A stretch of 64,000 nt of DNA from the human T2T-CHM13v2.0 reference genome, Homo sapiens: assembly GCF_009914755.1 (NCBI RefSeq), contig NC_060925.1, one strand, 5' to 3'. The position numbers were made by a program, and so were the translations under genes. The notes under the pieces were generated by a model that saw nothing but the letters and a program-made list of their open reading frames with translations, was not told where the DNA came from and made no database searches. This document shows positions 63,525 to 64,000 of this stretch, in pieces; positions within the stretch are counted from its first letter, which is position 1, and every line of letters starts with the position of its first letter.

Positions 63525-64000
63525 CTGCAATTGAACAGAAGTCCAAACAGGCATGGATTCCCAGTATAGTAAAATCTTCCGAGCAAAACTAGGCAATGAA
63601 GCAGACCCTGTCGGGAGGGTGAGCTGGTCCCAAGGTTGCTGGACTTCTCCCCTCACCTTGGTTACCTGGTCAGAAGAGTCATCCTTCCATGTCCAGCTAG
63701 ACATCACCTCCTTAGAGAACTCCTCCCACCTCTTCCCAGATTGATTACTCCCTTTCTGGTACTCCCTTGCACAAATCGCTATTGCTGACTTTACCAGCCT
63801 GTGCTGTGACTTGTTTGAACACACGAGTCCCTTGAGGGCATGAATGTCTAGTCTCCATATATCTGATCGTAGCACAATGTGCCTCCCACAGCAAAGCTTG
63901 TCAATTGTAAAACTGACGCATTTGAACTGACTTGAACAGGGTTGGGCTCTTTTGAAAATGGTTTTAATCACTTTTATGAGTATTTCAGGGACATATTAAT

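Noticed and set aside
62765-63971. Long minus-strand ORFs (179 aa and 255 aa)
   Set aside because: Out of frame with the CSMD2 exon or running through the CA repeat and MIR-like sequence; the true exon is 63336-63524.

Overview
Human (primate) genomic DNA. I recognise it as the convergent ZSCAN20 / CSMD2 region of chr1p35, from the translated proteins rather than from a search. On the + strand, the last coding exon of ZSCAN20 (10 C2H2 fingers plus one degenerate finger, stop at 1075-1077) is followed by a long 3' UTR with candidate poly(A) signals at 1972, 5787 and 7218. On the - strand lie the 3' 16 coding exons of CSMD2 (9 sushi/CCP domains, stalk, TM helix, and a cytoplasmic tail with NPxY and a PDZ-binding end). 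All have GT-AG boundaries and join in frame, and a predicted non-coding terminal exon follows (22206 to ~19615). The ~12 kb gap between the two 3' ends holds a truncated snaR/CAS-like Pol III gene fragment with its upstream flank, a THE1 solo LTR, a full-length SVA with TSD, and a PSMA3 processed pseudogene inside an L1. CSMD2 introns carry Alus, nested L1s, MaLR/ERVL LTRs and a near full-length Tigger1. I found no prokaryotic or CRISPR-type system and nothing I can claim as a new biological system. The best leads are (i) a CSMD2 3'-end splicing arrangement that may couple NMD to a cytoplasmic-tail switch, (ii) the orphan snaR-like promoter cassette, and (iii) several templated-insertion and twin-priming scars. 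Repeat subfamily names come from recalled consensus sequences, and boundaries of old repeats are approximate.
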